NCBI RefSeq assembly: GCF_044704955.1
Contig: NC_091978.1
Location: 375,286,001 to 375,350,000, forward strand
DNA: 64,000 nt
Direction: 5' to 3'
Origin: Pristiophorus japonicus
Taxonomy: Eukaryota
The translations under genes were made by a program, and so were the position numbers. This document shows, in pieces, positions 1 to 12,020 of this stretch. Position 1 is the first letter of the stretch; each line of letters opens with the position of its first letter. The notes beneath the pieces were generated by a model that saw only the letters and a list, made by a program, of their open reading frames with translations, was not told the origin of the DNA and did not search any database.

Positions 1-174
1 AGAGCTCGCATAGCGCTTACTGCTCCAGTCCCACTCCCGAGATGAAGTGGAGCACCCCATCATTGTGCTCACGGGGTGGGAGGTCCGCACTGGGCACGGG
101 AAGTCGCGTCTCACCTGTGTTACTACCCCAAATGGGGCGATGCCCAATTTCAACCCCTGAATGTTTGGTTTCCT

Positions 175-885
175 GAAGGTTGTCTATGATGGTCATCCTG
201 CAATGCCCAAATGTTGGGGACTGGATTGCAGGACATTCCCCCTTCTCATCTCCATACTTAAATAACGTTCCTGCTTCCCCTATGTGGGGCTTCCAGCCCC
301 ATCGACTCAGAGGCAAAATGCCAAATTCATGTCAATGGGCAGAATTTCTGAGCCTTTCCTGCATTACTGGAACAATGGTCTTTCCTGTAACGGTCTCAAC
401 TAAGTTCCCTTAAGACTCTCGATGCCATCAATAACTTGCATTGATAGACCTTTAATGTAGAAATCTGATCCAAGGTACTTCACAGATGCCTGAGCAAAAT
501 GGATGAGGAGTTGAAAAGGAGGTATTGGAAGGCTTAAGCAAAAACCTGCTAAAAACTGGGGTTTAAAGGCAGACAGAGAAGTGCAGAGACAGAGCAGTTT
601 AGGGGGGGAATTTCAGAGGGTGGGGATGACTGAAGGTATTGCTGCCAATGGTGAGATGAAGGGACGGAGACAGGTGTAGCTTATAGCAGACAAGTAACGA
701 ACAGGTTTTCAGACTATTCCTGAGCTAGATACCAGGATAGGAATCTGAGCTGTAACACTTCTGTTGCTCCACAGCAAAACATGCATTGACCAATACGTTC
801 CAGGTCTCTGAGTACATTTATTTAATTTGTAGATTCACCAATTCTTTATTCCATTGCAGTTCATCATAATTAATTTGCAAAGTTC
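175..885. repeat. Segmental duplication block upstream of SPP2-like copy 1; paralogous to 57750-58126 plus 61583-61900
   Basis: Direct sequence match: ~197-572 to 57750-58126 (about 9 differences in ~370 bp) and 573-881 to 61588-61899 (clearly more diverged). The site near 569-573 (GCAGA) is the empty site of the Gypsy insertion in the second copy. Confidence 0.9.
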
Positions 886-1589
886 TCAATATAACTAGCA
901 GCCTGGAATTTATTAGCTATGAAACTGGAATTTGACAAACCTCACTCCGTGCAAAATACATTGCAACACCTAACGACACTTTTCAAACACATTTTGTTGA
1001 CAACAGGTCAGATATTGCAGGAAATGAAGAACATGACAATCGCTGCTGGATATTCCCAATGACCATGTTGGGTTGTGGGGGCACAATCTGCCTTTTTTGA
1101 GAATAGTTGCCAGAAAGGTGTGAGTGAAGCTAAATGCCAGTAAGAAACAAAACCTCGAAATATACCAACAGAAGTCCAGGAATGGCCTAGGGATAGATTC
1201 CCTTACATTACTCTGCCCTTTCAGTGAACCTCCATCTGGTTTCTCAGTCCCTAGTTACCCACACTGTATCGTTTCCCCAAGGTTGTCTATGATGGAGATC
1301 CTGCAGTAAACTAATGTTGGGAATTGATTGCCACATCTTCCCCTTCACATCGCCATATTTAAATAAAGTTCCTGCTTCTCCTGATGGAAGCTCCCAGCCC
1401 CATCGCTAATACGAAATGGCATGTAACCCTAACCCTAATGCAGAGACCAGACATTTTCAGGGCCATATAGAGATTATATGAAGCCCCATTGACTCTAAGA
1501 GGCAGAATTCCAAACTCATGTCAATGGGCAGAATTTCTGTACCATTCCTGCGTTACTGGGTCAGCGGTCTTTCCTGTAACCCTGGACAA

Positions 1590-3170
1590 CATGGACCTCC
1601 CAGGGGATTTGCAGGACCTTGCAGAGGCAGCGCTGGTGGTATTTTTCCAGCGATTTGAGGTGTCTACTGTATATGGTCCATGTCTCTGAGCCATACAGGA
1701 GAGCAGGTATCACTATAGCCCTATAGACCATAAGTTTGGTGCCAGATTTGAGGGCCTGATCTTCAAACACTCTTTTCCTCAAGCTGCTGAAGGCTGCGCT
1801 GGCGCACTAGAGGCGATGTTGAACCTCAGCGTCAATATCTGCTCTTGCTGATAATAGGCTCCCGAGGTATGGAAAGTGGTCCACATTGTCCAGGGCTGCG
1901 CCGTGGATCATGATGACTGGGGGGCAGTGCTGTGTGGTGGGGTCAGGTTGGTGGAGGACCTTTGTCTTACAGATGTTTAGCGTAAGGCCCATGCTTTCAT
2001 ACACCTCGGTGAAGATGTTGACGATGACGTGGAGTTCAGCCTCTGAATGTGCGCAGACGCAAACGTCGGTCGCGTACTGTAGTTCGACGACAGAGGATGG
2101 GACAGTCTTGGATCCGGCCTGGAGGCGACGAAGGTTGAACAGGTTCCCGCTGGTTCTGTAGTTTAGTTCCACTCCAGCGGGGAGCTTGTTGACTGTGAGG
2201 TGGAGCATGGCGGCCAGAAAGATTAAGGAGAGGGATGGGGCGATGACGCAGCCCTGTTTGACCCCGGTCCGGATGCGGATTGGGTCTGGAATGGATCCGT
2301 TGGTAAGGATCACGGCCTGCATGTCGTCGTGGAGCAGGCGGAGGATGGTGACCAACTTTTGGGGGCAGCCAAAATGGAGGAGGACGCTCCATAGTCCCTC
2401 ATTGTTAACAGTGTCAAAGGCCTTTGTGAGGTCAAAGAAGGCCATGTACAAGGGTTGGTGCTGTTCCCTGCATTTCTCTTGTAGTTGTGGCGCCGTAAAG
2501 ATCATGTCCGTTGTACCCCGTAGTGGACGGAATCCGCACTGTGACTCTGTGAGGAGCTCCTCAGCCACAGGGAGAAGACGATTGAGGAGGATTCTTGCAA
2601 TGACTTTCCCAGTGGCTGACAACAGGGAGATTCCTCTGTAGTTGGCACAGTCAGACTTGTCCCCTTTTTAAAAGATGGTCACGATTACTGCATCTCTGAG
2701 ATATCCCGGCATGCTCTCCTCCTTCCAGATGAGAGAGATGAGGTCATGCCTCCCTGTCATACTTTAGTGTCTCAGCGGGGATTCCATCCATTCCGATGCC
2801 TTGTTGTTCTTGAGCTGGCAGATGGCCTTTTCTACCTTGTGCTGGGCTGGGGTTTTGCTGAGGTGGTGGCGGGTGACATGCTGCGGGATAGAGTCGAGGA
2901 CACTTGTGTCGAAGGCAGAGTCTCGATTAAGGAGATCTTCGAAGTGTTCCTTCCAGCGAGTCCTCACTGCCTCGGTGTCCTTGATAAGTGTCTCCCCGTT
3001 CTTGACCAGCAGTGGGGTGGGGCCTTGGGTGCTTGGGTCATAAGTGGCTTTGACTGCGATGAAGAATCCTTGCACATCATGGCTGTCGGCCAGCTGCTGT
3101 ATCTCCTGTGTTTTCTCCACCCACCATCTATTCCTTAGGTTGCGGGTTTTTTGTTGGACCTCGGCCTTAA
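1590..3170 (-). mobile_element. RTE/BovB-like non-LTR retrotransposon, degenerate RT fragment
   Basis: ORFs 2764-3207, 1807-2622 and 1561-1782 carry RTE-type RT motifs (ESQCGFRP, FFDLTKAFD, GVKQGCVIAP, degenerate LQYATD, FPYLGS, LLYGSETW) split by frameshifts. Confidence 0.9.
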
Positions 3171-4049
3171 GCTCTTTGATTAAGTTTTTTGATTCAGAGC
3201 TGATCACTCATGGCCTGGAAAAACATGAAAACACATCAGTATGAAGACATTTTAAAATTTTGGCCTCCCTAACCACCTTTACTGCTCCCCAAGCGGTCAG
3301 CCATGGTCACAACGCTTCTTGCAGCTGCCATTGTTGACCCCCGGCGATGCTGCAGGGGGCGGAAGCCAATTTTATAACCAGGGCGATAACGCGTCGCTAT
3401 GCGATGATGTCACGATCAACGGGATGTAGAGATTGCGGCGGTAAGTTTTAGCGCCATCACTAACCTGCCATGCAAGTTCGCGGGTGTCAGTACTCTCACT
3501 GCGCTAGGTCGGCATGCTGTGAACGCCCCATTATCACCCCGCGGAGGCGCTAACAGGAAGCGCAAAGGAGGCCAATTTCTCTCCCTCGAAGTCAAGGAAG
3601 TGGAGAGGGAGAGGAATTTAGGGAGGGAACTCCAGAGAATGGGACCGGGTGGCTGAAGGTACTGCTGCCAATGGTGAGGTGAAGGGACGGGACAGGTGTC
3701 GGTTACAGCAGGCAAGCAGCAGACCGGTTTTCGGACCATTCCGGAGCTTGTAAGAATTCTGTTGCCACACACTGAAATATCTAGTGACCCAGCAGTGAGC
3801 GATAGGTTCCAGGTCTCTGAGTTCATTTATTGATATTTAAAATTCACCACTTCTTTATTCCATTGCATTTCATCATAATTAATTTGCAAAATCCTTAAAA
3901 TAGTTAGCAGCATGATGTGTCCTGATGGTGAAACTGGAAACGGACACACCTCACTCCTTACAAACACATTGCAACACTCAGCAATACACTTGGACAACAT
4001 GTAACCAACTCCTGGGAAGTTTGCAGGGGACTGAATGCAGTGGAGTCGG

Positions 4050-4125
4050 TGCAGTGATTGGTCAGTTTACAACATTGGTTATAATTTGCCCTCCGGCCTT
4101 GCGTGCTCTGAAGTATATAACCATT
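4050..4125 (+). promoter_or_regulatory. Pol II core promoter of SPP2-like gene copy 1
   Basis: TATATAA at 4114-4120 and inverted CCAAT (ATTGG) at 4057-4061 and 4074-4078, ~75 bp upstream of a signal-peptide ATG. Largely conserved in the second copy. Confidence 0.65.
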
Positions 4126-4192
4126 GAACAGAACCAGTCAATAGACAGAGAAGAACGAGGTAGAAGTGTCCTCCACCGATCCAGATGACAAG

Positions 4193-4244
4193 ATGAAAAT
4201 CATTCTCTTCATTCTTGCTGCAGTCCGGATCCTCCGCTGTTCTG
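4193..4244 (+). CDS. spp2: SPP2-like gene copy 1, exon 1 (signal peptide MKIILFILAAVRILRCS-G)
   Basis: ATG at 4193, basic-hydrophobic signal-peptide pattern, phase-1 donor G|GCAAGT (GC-AG intron) in frame with exon 2. Confidence 0.8.
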
Positions 4245-4350
4245 GCAAGTATTGAAGGGCGCTGTGGGATGATTGGAGCAAGAGCTGTTGTTCTGATCAT
4301 CAGTTGGTCTTGTCCCAATGTTACTTAAACCTCTTTGCTTTTTGGTTCAG

Positions 4351-4475
4351 GAATACCGTGTGAAGCTTCTACCCGACCAGAGGTTCCACCAGCGCTAAAT
4401 GCTACACTTACGAAGGTGAATGAGGAATCCACCCTTAATAACCTCTTTACTGTGACCGGCTGTGAATTGGTAAAT
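4351..4475 (+). CDS. spp2: SPP2-like gene copy 1, exon 2 (cystatin helix: GIPCEASTRPEVPPALNATLTKVNEESTLNNLFTVTGCELVN)
   Basis: Pyrimidine tract plus TTCAG acceptor, AAT|GTAAGT donor, 125 bp, phase 1 to 0. ALNATLTKVNEESTLNNLF resembles SPP2 ALxASVxKVNSQSLSPYLF (recalled from memory). Confidence 0.85.
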
Positions 4476-4902
4476 GTAAGTGCCATCGAATCCAACGGAT
4501 TCATTTTTGTCTCTAGTAATAAAGGTCATTAATGTGAATTTATTCTGTGGAGTTAGCAAGGATTGCACTGTGACAAATTATACTACTGTCGAGAGATAGA
4601 AAATAATAATTTGTAGCGTTTTATAAAAGTAATGGAACAATTCGCTTTCTATATCTTTCTATAAATTAATGTTTGATTGCAATTTCTGTCCAACTAAACT
4701 ACTTTATGATGTCAGTATTGATTTCTGATGCTTTTGTGTGAACTTTTAACGTGAAATTGCCTTGTAAAGATTATAATGGGATTTCCCTGTGCAAGCTCCA
4801 CCTGAGGCTGCAGTTCCGCCGCAGTGACAGGTTCTGGCCACCAGTTGCCGCTGTGCAGCAACTCTCGCTTTGCTCTCCAACTCGTTCCACATCAGAATAT
4901 TT

Positions 4903-5070
4903 CTATTGACAAACATTCACCATAAGCCCACTGACCCCACAGCTACCTGGGGATAGTCTATTGACAAACATTCACCATAAGCCCACTGACCCCCACAGCT
5001 ACCTGGGGATAGTCTATTGACAAACATTCACCATAAGCCCACTGACCCCCACAGATACCTGGACTACACC
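4903..5070 (+). repeat. ~56-bp tandem triplication at the 5' end of a Penelope fragment
   Basis: CTATTGACAAACATTCACCATAAGCCCACTGACC... starts at 4903, 4958 and 5014. Confidence 0.9.
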
Positions 5071-6312
5071 TCCTCCCATCCCGCTATCAGTAAGGACTCC
5101 ATTCCATTCTCCCAGTTGCTCTGTCTCCGTTGAATTTGTTCTGACGACGCCACCTTCCATAACAGTGCTTCCTTGTTCCTCAACCGAGGATTCCCCTCTA
5201 CCGTGATATACACGGCCCTCGACCGTGTCCATGCCATTTCCGGCACCTCTGCTCTCATCCCTTCCCCTACCTTCCAGAACCACAATACGGTTTCCCCTGA
5301 CCTCGCCTTTAACCTCATCAGTTCCAAATTCAACGGATCATCTTCCGCCATTTCCGCCACCTCCTGCGTGATCCCACCACCAATCAAATCTCCCCCTCCC
5401 CTCCCCTCTCAGCATTCCGAAGGAACCGCTCCCTCCACAACACCCTGGTCCATTCCACAGTCACCCCCAGCACCTCCTCCCCTTCCCACAGCACCTTCCC
5501 GTGCAAACACAGGAGTTGCAACACCTGCCCTTTTACCTCCTCCCTTCTCACTGTCCAGGGCCCCAAACACTCCCTCCAGGTGAAACAGCGATTTACTTGT
5601 ACTTCTTGCAATGTAGTATACTGTATTCGCTGCTCACAATGTGGTCTCCTCTACATTGGGGAGACCAAACGTAGATTGGGTGACCGCTTTACGGAACACC
5701 TCTGTTCGTGACCCTGAGCTTCCGGTCGCCTGTCGCTTTAATTCCCCGCTCCACTCCCACTCTGACCTCTCTGTCCTTGGCCTCCTAAACTGTTCCAATG
5801 AAGCTCAACGCAAGCTCGAGGAACAGCACCTCATCTTTCGTTTAGGCACTTTACAGCCTTCTGGCCTCAACATCGAGTTCAACAATTTCAAAACGTAACC
5901 ACTGCCCATATTTCTTTTTCTCTTCTAAATTTTTTTTCTCTCTTTCCCACGGCAGCTGTTGATGAGTCTGCCATTCACACCCTATCTAGAGCTACCTGTT
6001 GTTCCTTAACTTGACTCATTACCATCTCCCTTTGCCTCACACCATCATCCCTTTTGTTCTTTAATCTCTCTGGCCTCCCACCCAATCACTGACCTTCCTT
6101 TTGATCTTCCCTCCCCTCCCCCCTTTCCCTGCCCCTACACCAGCTTAAAAAGCTGTTACATCTGAAACTTCTTCCAGTTCTGACAAAGGGTCAGCGACCT
6201 GAAACATTAACTCTGTTTCTCTCTCCACAGATGCTGCCTGACCCGCTGAGATTTCCAGCATCTTCTGTTTTTTATTTCATATTTCCAGCATCTGCAGTGT
6301 TTTGCTTTTGTA
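4903..6312 (+). mobile_element. Penelope-like element 3' fragment (RT C-terminus, GIY-YIG endonuclease, pLTR)
   Basis: VYCIRCSQCGLLYIGETKRRLGDRF (GIY-YIG) at ~5615-5690; RKLEEQHLIFRLGTLQPSGLNIEF end; typical tail CTCTCCACAGATGCTGCCTGACC..TCCAGCA; degenerate hammerhead core at ~6175-6216. Confidence 0.85.
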
Positions 6313-6399
6313 TCAGAATATTTCTGCCTGATATTGTATCATTATTTATGTGTTATCTCAAACATCTTTCATTAAGTGTAGCGCTTTTTCTTTGGGTAG

Positions 6400-6522
6400 G
6401 TTACTGATGCCGGAGAACGTGTATTTGAGGCAAATTTAGTTATTGAGGTCCAGAAAGCGGAGTGCCTCAATGGTTCTGGATCTGACCCAGCACAATATGA
6501 ACTGAAACCTGTCTTGGATCTT
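6400..6522 (+). CDS. spp2: SPP2-like gene copy 1, exon 3 (VTDAGERVFEANLVIEVQKAECLNGSGSDPAQYELKPVLDL)
   Basis: TTTTTCTTTGGGTAG acceptor, CTT|GTGAGT donor, 123 bp, phase 0-0, stop-free. Aligns with SPP2 NLEFSIRETTCRKDSGEDPATC (recalled from memory). Confidence 0.85.
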
Positions 6523-6644
6523 GTGAGTATTACAAAGCTTTTCGTTTGCTTCTCTGTTGCAATGAATCCTGAGACTGGAGGCTTTCGTGTGGTGGGAAAA
6601 TGGCACAATGAGCTACCGTGGAACATTTGAAGTTTAGTCCTCTG

Positions 6645-8300
6645 TCATAGAACCATAGAAATTTACAGCCCATGGTGTCTGCACCGGCTGACCAAGAGCT
6701 ACCCAGCCTAATCCCACTTTCCAGCTCTAGGTCCATGGCCCTGTAGGTTACGGCACTTCAGGTGCACATCCAAATATCTTTTAAATATGATGAGGGTTTC
6801 TGCCTCTACCACCCTTTCAGGCAGTGAGTTCCAGACCCCCACCACACTCTGGGTGAAGAAATTTCCCCTCATATCTCCTCTAAACCTCCCCCCAATTACT
6901 TTAAATCTATGTCCCCGGTTGTTCATCCCTCTGCCAAGGGAAACTGGTCCTTCCTATCCACTCTATCCAGGCCCCTTATAATTTTATACACCTCAATCAG
7001 GTCTCCCCTCAGCCTCCTCTGTTCCAAAGAAAACAGACCCAGCATCTCCAATCTTTCCTCATAACCAAAATTCTCCAGTCCAGGCAACATTCTTGTAAAT
7101 CTCCTCTGCACCCTCTCCAGTGCAATCACATCTTTCCTGTAATGTGGTGACCAGAACTGCACGCAGTACTCCAGCTGCGGCCTAACCAGTGTTTTATACA
7201 GATCAAGCATAACCTCCCAGCTCTTGTATTCCATGCTTTGATTAATAAAGGCAAGTATTCCATATGCCTTCTTAACCAACTTATCTACCTGGCCTGCTAC
7301 CTTCAGGGATCTGTGGACCTGCACTCCCAGGTCCCTTTGTTCCTCTACACTTCTCAGTGTCCTACCATTTAATGTGTATTCCCTTGCCTTGTTAGACCTC
7401 CCCAAATGCATTACTTCACACTTATCTGGATTGAATTCCACTTGTCACTGTTCTGTCCACTTGACCAGTACATTGATATCTTCCTGCAGTCTACAGCTTT
7501 CTTCTTCGTTATCAACCACACAGCCAATTTTAGTATCATCTGCAAACTTCTTAATCATACCTCCAACATTTAAGTCCAAGTCATTGATATATACCACAAA
7601 AAGCAAGGGACCCAGTACTGAGTCCTGCGGAACCCCACTGGAAACATCCTTCCAGTCACAAAAACACCCATCAACCATTACCCTTTGCTTCCTGCCTCTG
7701 AGCCAATTTTGGATCTAACTTGTCACTTTGCCCTGGATCCCATGGGCTTTTACTTTCGTGATCAGTCTGCCGTGTGGGACCTTATCAAATGCTTTGCTAA
7801 AATCCATATACACTACATCATATGCACTGCCCTCATCAACCCTCTGGGTTACCTCCTCGAAAAATTCGATCAAGTTCGTCAGGCATGACCTTTCCTTGAC
7901 AAATCCATGCTGACTGTCCTTGATTGATCTATGTCCTTCCAAATGAAGATTTATACTGTCGCTCAGGATTTTTTCCAATAATTTTCCCACCACTGAGGTT
8001 AGGCTGACTGGCCTGTAATTACTCGGTCTATCCCTTTCTCCCTTTTTAAATAAAGGTACAACATTATCAATCCTCCAGTCCTCTGGCACTGCACCTGTAG
8101 CCAGAGAGGACTGGAAAATGATAGTCAGAGCCTCTGCTATTTCCTCTTTTGCTTCTCTTAACAGCCTCGAATATATTTCACCCAGGCTTGGGGATTTATC
8201 CACTTTCAAAGCTGCTAACTCCCTTAATACTTCCTCTCTCACTATGTTTATCTCATCTAATATTTCACTCCTCCTCCCTCATTTCATAATCTGCATTGCC
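6645..8300 (-). mobile_element. CR1 LINE, 5'-truncated
   Basis: RT ORFs with NYRPVSLTS, DFSKAFDKV, KFADDTK, LVRPQLEYC; 3' tail at ~6645-6665. Confidence 0.95.
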
Positions 8301-8557
8301 GTCAGTTGGTATTTCTCACTGACCCCCCACACAGCAGAAACCAATAAAGCACCCTCCAGTCTCTCCGCATTATAGGGGTAGTTTTGCAAGGCTGTACTGT
8401 CAAATTGAACCTCAATAAGCACAAGCTGGGATCTGAGATAGGGCAATTATACTGTAAACTATAATGCTGATTTTGGCACAGTAGACCTCCCCAATGGCTC
8501 ACCTCCATTGTCCAGTTGAGTGGGACTGCCCTTGACCGTTCCCTCTCTTAGGTAAGA

Positions 8558-8912
8558 GTCATCATCATCGTAGGCAGTCCCTCGAAATCAAGGAAGACTC
8601 TAAAAGTGAGTTCTCAGGTGGCTGTACAGTCCAATGTGGGAATTACAGTCTCTGTCACAGGTGGGACAGACAGTGGTTGAGGGAAGGGGAGGGTGGGACT
8701 GGTTTGCCGCATGCTCCTTCCGTTGCCTGTGCTTGGTTTCTGCATGCTCTCAGCGATGAGACTCGAGGTGCTCAGCGCCCTCCTGGATGCTCTTCCTCCA
8801 CTTAGGGCAGTCTTTGGCCAGGGACTCCCAGGTGTCGGTGGGGATGTTGCACTTTATCAGGGAGGCTTTGAGGGTGTCCCTGTAATGTTTCCTCTGCCCA
8901 CTGAGGCATGCT
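8558..8912 (-). mobile_element. RTE-like LINE 3' end
   Basis: (CAT)n tail followed by AGGCAGTCCCTCG and C-terminal ORF remnants on the minus strand. Confidence 0.65.
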
Positions 8913-9464
8913 TGGTAAGAGTGGGGTGGCCATTAGGATCGGTGCTGGAAATATGGTGAAAGGCAGATTGTGACGTCAATCAGTGTGCAATGTCGATTTG
9001 ATGCCAGTGCTGCTATTTTTGTCGACATCACGGAAACTAACGTCCTGTGTTAACCTTGCACAACTGAGCATGTGTTCAGCAGCAGGAAGGACCCCCCAGA
9101 CCCCGCCAGCGATATTTAAAGGGGTCATCACCAATTTTCAGGTAACCTTCTTTTTGATTTCTACTGCCTCTGTGTAACTGTTTGAAGCTTTCTCGAGTTG
9201 TTTAAAGTTGGTGAAGTGACATGTGGAGAAGGCCTTGCTTCTGACTTTAAGGGCTCTGGTCAGACTATTTGCTCCCAGTTTCACGTTGTGAACGCGACCT
9301 CTCTCTGACCTGGTCTTTACTTTAGTGATGTTGGCTGTCCCTTTCTCCCTCTCTAATAATGCCCTTTCTCCCTCCCTCTGCAGTGACTATTCCAGAACTC
9401 TGCCAACCGAATCCTTCTCCTGTAATAATTCCCAATCCCCTCACCCCTGTACCTGCTGACCTTC

Positions 9465-10740
9465 CAGGTGAGGCCTCACCAAGGCCCTGTACAACTGCAG
9501 TAAGACCTCCCTGCTCCTATACTCAAATCCCCTAGCTATGAAGGCCAACATACCATTTGCCTTCTTCACCGCCTGCTGTACCTGCATGCCAACTTTCAAT
9601 GACTGATGTACCATGACACCCAAGTCTCGTTGCACCTCCCCTTTTCCTAATCTGCCGCCATTCAGATAATATTCTGTCTTCGCGTTTTTGCCCCCAAAGT
9701 GGATAACCTCACATTTATCCACATTATGCTGCATCTGCCATGCATTTGCCCACTCACCTAACCTGTCCAAGTCACCCTGCAGCCTCCTAGCGTCCCCCTC
9801 ACAGCTCACACCGCCACCCAGTTTAGTGTCATCTGCAAACTTGGAGATATTGCACTCAATTCCTTCATCTAAATCATTGATGTATAATGTAAATAGCTGG
9901 GGTCCCAGCACTGAGCCCTGCGGCACACCACTAGTCACTGCCTGCCATTCTGAAAAGGACCCGTTTATCCCGACTCTCTGCTTCCTATCTGCCAACCAGT
10001 TCTCTATCCACGTCAGTATATTACCCCTAATACCATGTGCTTTGATTTTGCACACCTGGTATGGGACCTTGTCAAAGGCCTTTTGAAAGTCCAAATACAC
10101 CACATCCACTGGTACTCCCTTGTCCACTCTACTAGTTACATCCTCAAAAAATTCCAGAAGATTTGTCAAGCACGATTTCCCTTTCTTAAATCCATGTTGA
10201 CTTGGACCAATCCTGTCACTGCTTTCCAAATGCATTGCTATTTCATCTTTAATAATTGATTCCAACATTTTCCCCACTACTGATGTCAGGCTAACCGGTC
10301 TATAATTACCCATTTTCTCTCTCCCTCCTTTTTTAAAAAGTGGTGTTACATTAGCTACCCTCCAGTCCATAGGAACTGATCCAGAGTCAACAGACTGTTG
10401 GAAAATGATCACCAATGCATCCACTATTTCTAGGGCCACTTCCTTAAGTACTCTGGGATGCAGACTATCAGGCCCCAGGGATTTATCGGCCTTCAATCCC
10501 ATCAATTTCCCTAACACAATTTCCCGCCTAATAAGGATATCCTTCAGTTCCTCCTTCTCACTAGACCCTCGGTCCCCTAGTACTTCCGGAAGGTCATTTG
10601 TGTCTTCCTTCGTGAAGCCAGAACCAAAGTATTTGTTCAATTGGTCTGCCATTTTTTTGTTCCCCATTATAAATTCACCCGAATCCGACTGCAAGGGACC
10701 TACGTTTGTCTTCATTAATCTTTTTCTCTTCACATATCTA
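9465..10740 (-). mobile_element. CR1 LINE internal RT fragment
   Basis: ORF 9441-10733 with PQGSVLGP and KFADDTK motifs. Confidence 0.95.
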
Positions 10741-11064
10741 AATTACCTGGGGTCTGTCTCCATCTCTCTCTCTGTAATTCATGCTGTCTGACCCCCGCTC
10801 CCTGCAATAATGTCCCATTGTCTGTCTCCAGCTCTCCCTATTCAATCATTACCTGCTGTCTGTCTCTATCGTTTCCTATTTAATGATTGCCTGGTATCTG
10901 GCCCATCTCTCCCTCTCTCTCTCTCTCTCTTGCTCTACAGGTCCTCCCTCAAAAGGATCCAGGATCCTATTTCCCTCACAGGACAGGGGTTTCCATATTG
11001 AGACAGGCCTATCTTTGGACCCCCGGTATTAGGCCCCTGTTAAAATGCTGCCAGATGCAGTGGC

Positions 11065-11340
11065 GGTGTCCATGGGGTGGGGGTGTGTGTCCATGGGATG
11101 GGGGTGTGTGTCCATGGGGTGGGGGTGTGTGTCCATGGGGTGGGGGGTGTGTCCATGGGGTGGGGGTGTGTGTCCATGGGGTGGGGGGGTGTGTCCATTG
11201 GGGAGGGGTGTGTCCTTGGGTGGGGGCGGTGCGTCCATTGGGGAGGGGTGTGTCCTTGGGTGGGTGTGTCCTTGGGTGGGTGTGTCCATTGGGGTGGGGT
11301 GTGTCCTTGGGTGGGTGTGTAGATGGGGGTGCGTCCATGG
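11065..11340. repeat. G-rich ~18-21-bp minisatellite (GTGTCCATGGGGTGGGGGTGT)
   Basis: Directly visible tandem units. The overlapping ORFs are low-complexity artefacts. Confidence 0.9.
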
Positions 11341-11714
11341 GCCGGTGAGGCCACTGACCCCATTTTCAGGCCAGGGACCCCATTCTCAGGCCATTAACAG
11401 CACACCAGGACACCCAAAATCCACCCCAAGGATTTGAAAGGAACGCAGTGGGGATGTTATTATTTCCCCCTCTCTCCATCTCTCTGCAGCAGTAGCAAAT
11501 GTGATAATTCTGCTCTCCTCCTCTCCCTCTGAATGATTGGAAGTGTTGTAAGCCCCTTCCTCTTCTTCCTGGGCTGTTCTCAGGGTTTTCCAGGCCTTCA
11601 AGCAGGAGCTAAAGCAGAGAGCACCTTCCCTCACTGCTCCAGGCTCCAAATGATTAGGCCACGCCTCCAACAGCTCCACAACTCTTTTGGGAAAACATAA
11701 TAAATTAAATCAAG

Positions 11715-12020
11715 TGCCCCCTGATCTGCCCTTTTTTTGTTTTTTTTTGTTTTTTTTGGGTGATTTTTGTGGGTTTTTTTTTGGGGGGGCATTAAAATCA
11801 TAATTTTTCAAGTGCCCCCTATAAAAGGGGAGGGGGACACTTAAACCGGCATTTAAAACAAATTAAACTTTAAAACATATAAAATCAAATAAAAATTTGG
11901 TTGCCGGGGGTAATAATGCACTCCAGTCCCTCCGGTGCCCACATCTCGCGGAAGGCCACGAGCGTACCGGTGGACACCACGTGCTCCATCTCTAAGGACA
12001 CCCTGGCCCGGATGTAGGCA
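11715..12020 (-). mobile_element. Tx1/L1-like LINE 3' end
   Basis: Poly(T) tract at ~11733-11780. Minus strand reads YIRARVSLEMEHVVSTGTLVAFREMWAPEGLECII, like L1/Tx1 ORF2 C-termini. Confidence 0.6.

Noticed and set aside
17-413. Short ORFs repeated at ~57750 as a second host gene
   Set aside because: Frames are not conserved between paralogous copies (1-bp indel) and no splice pattern or motif is present.
868-881. Immunoglobulin-type octamer promoter (TAATTTGCAA)
   Set aside because: It mismatches ATTTGCAT, and no V segment or recombination signal follows.
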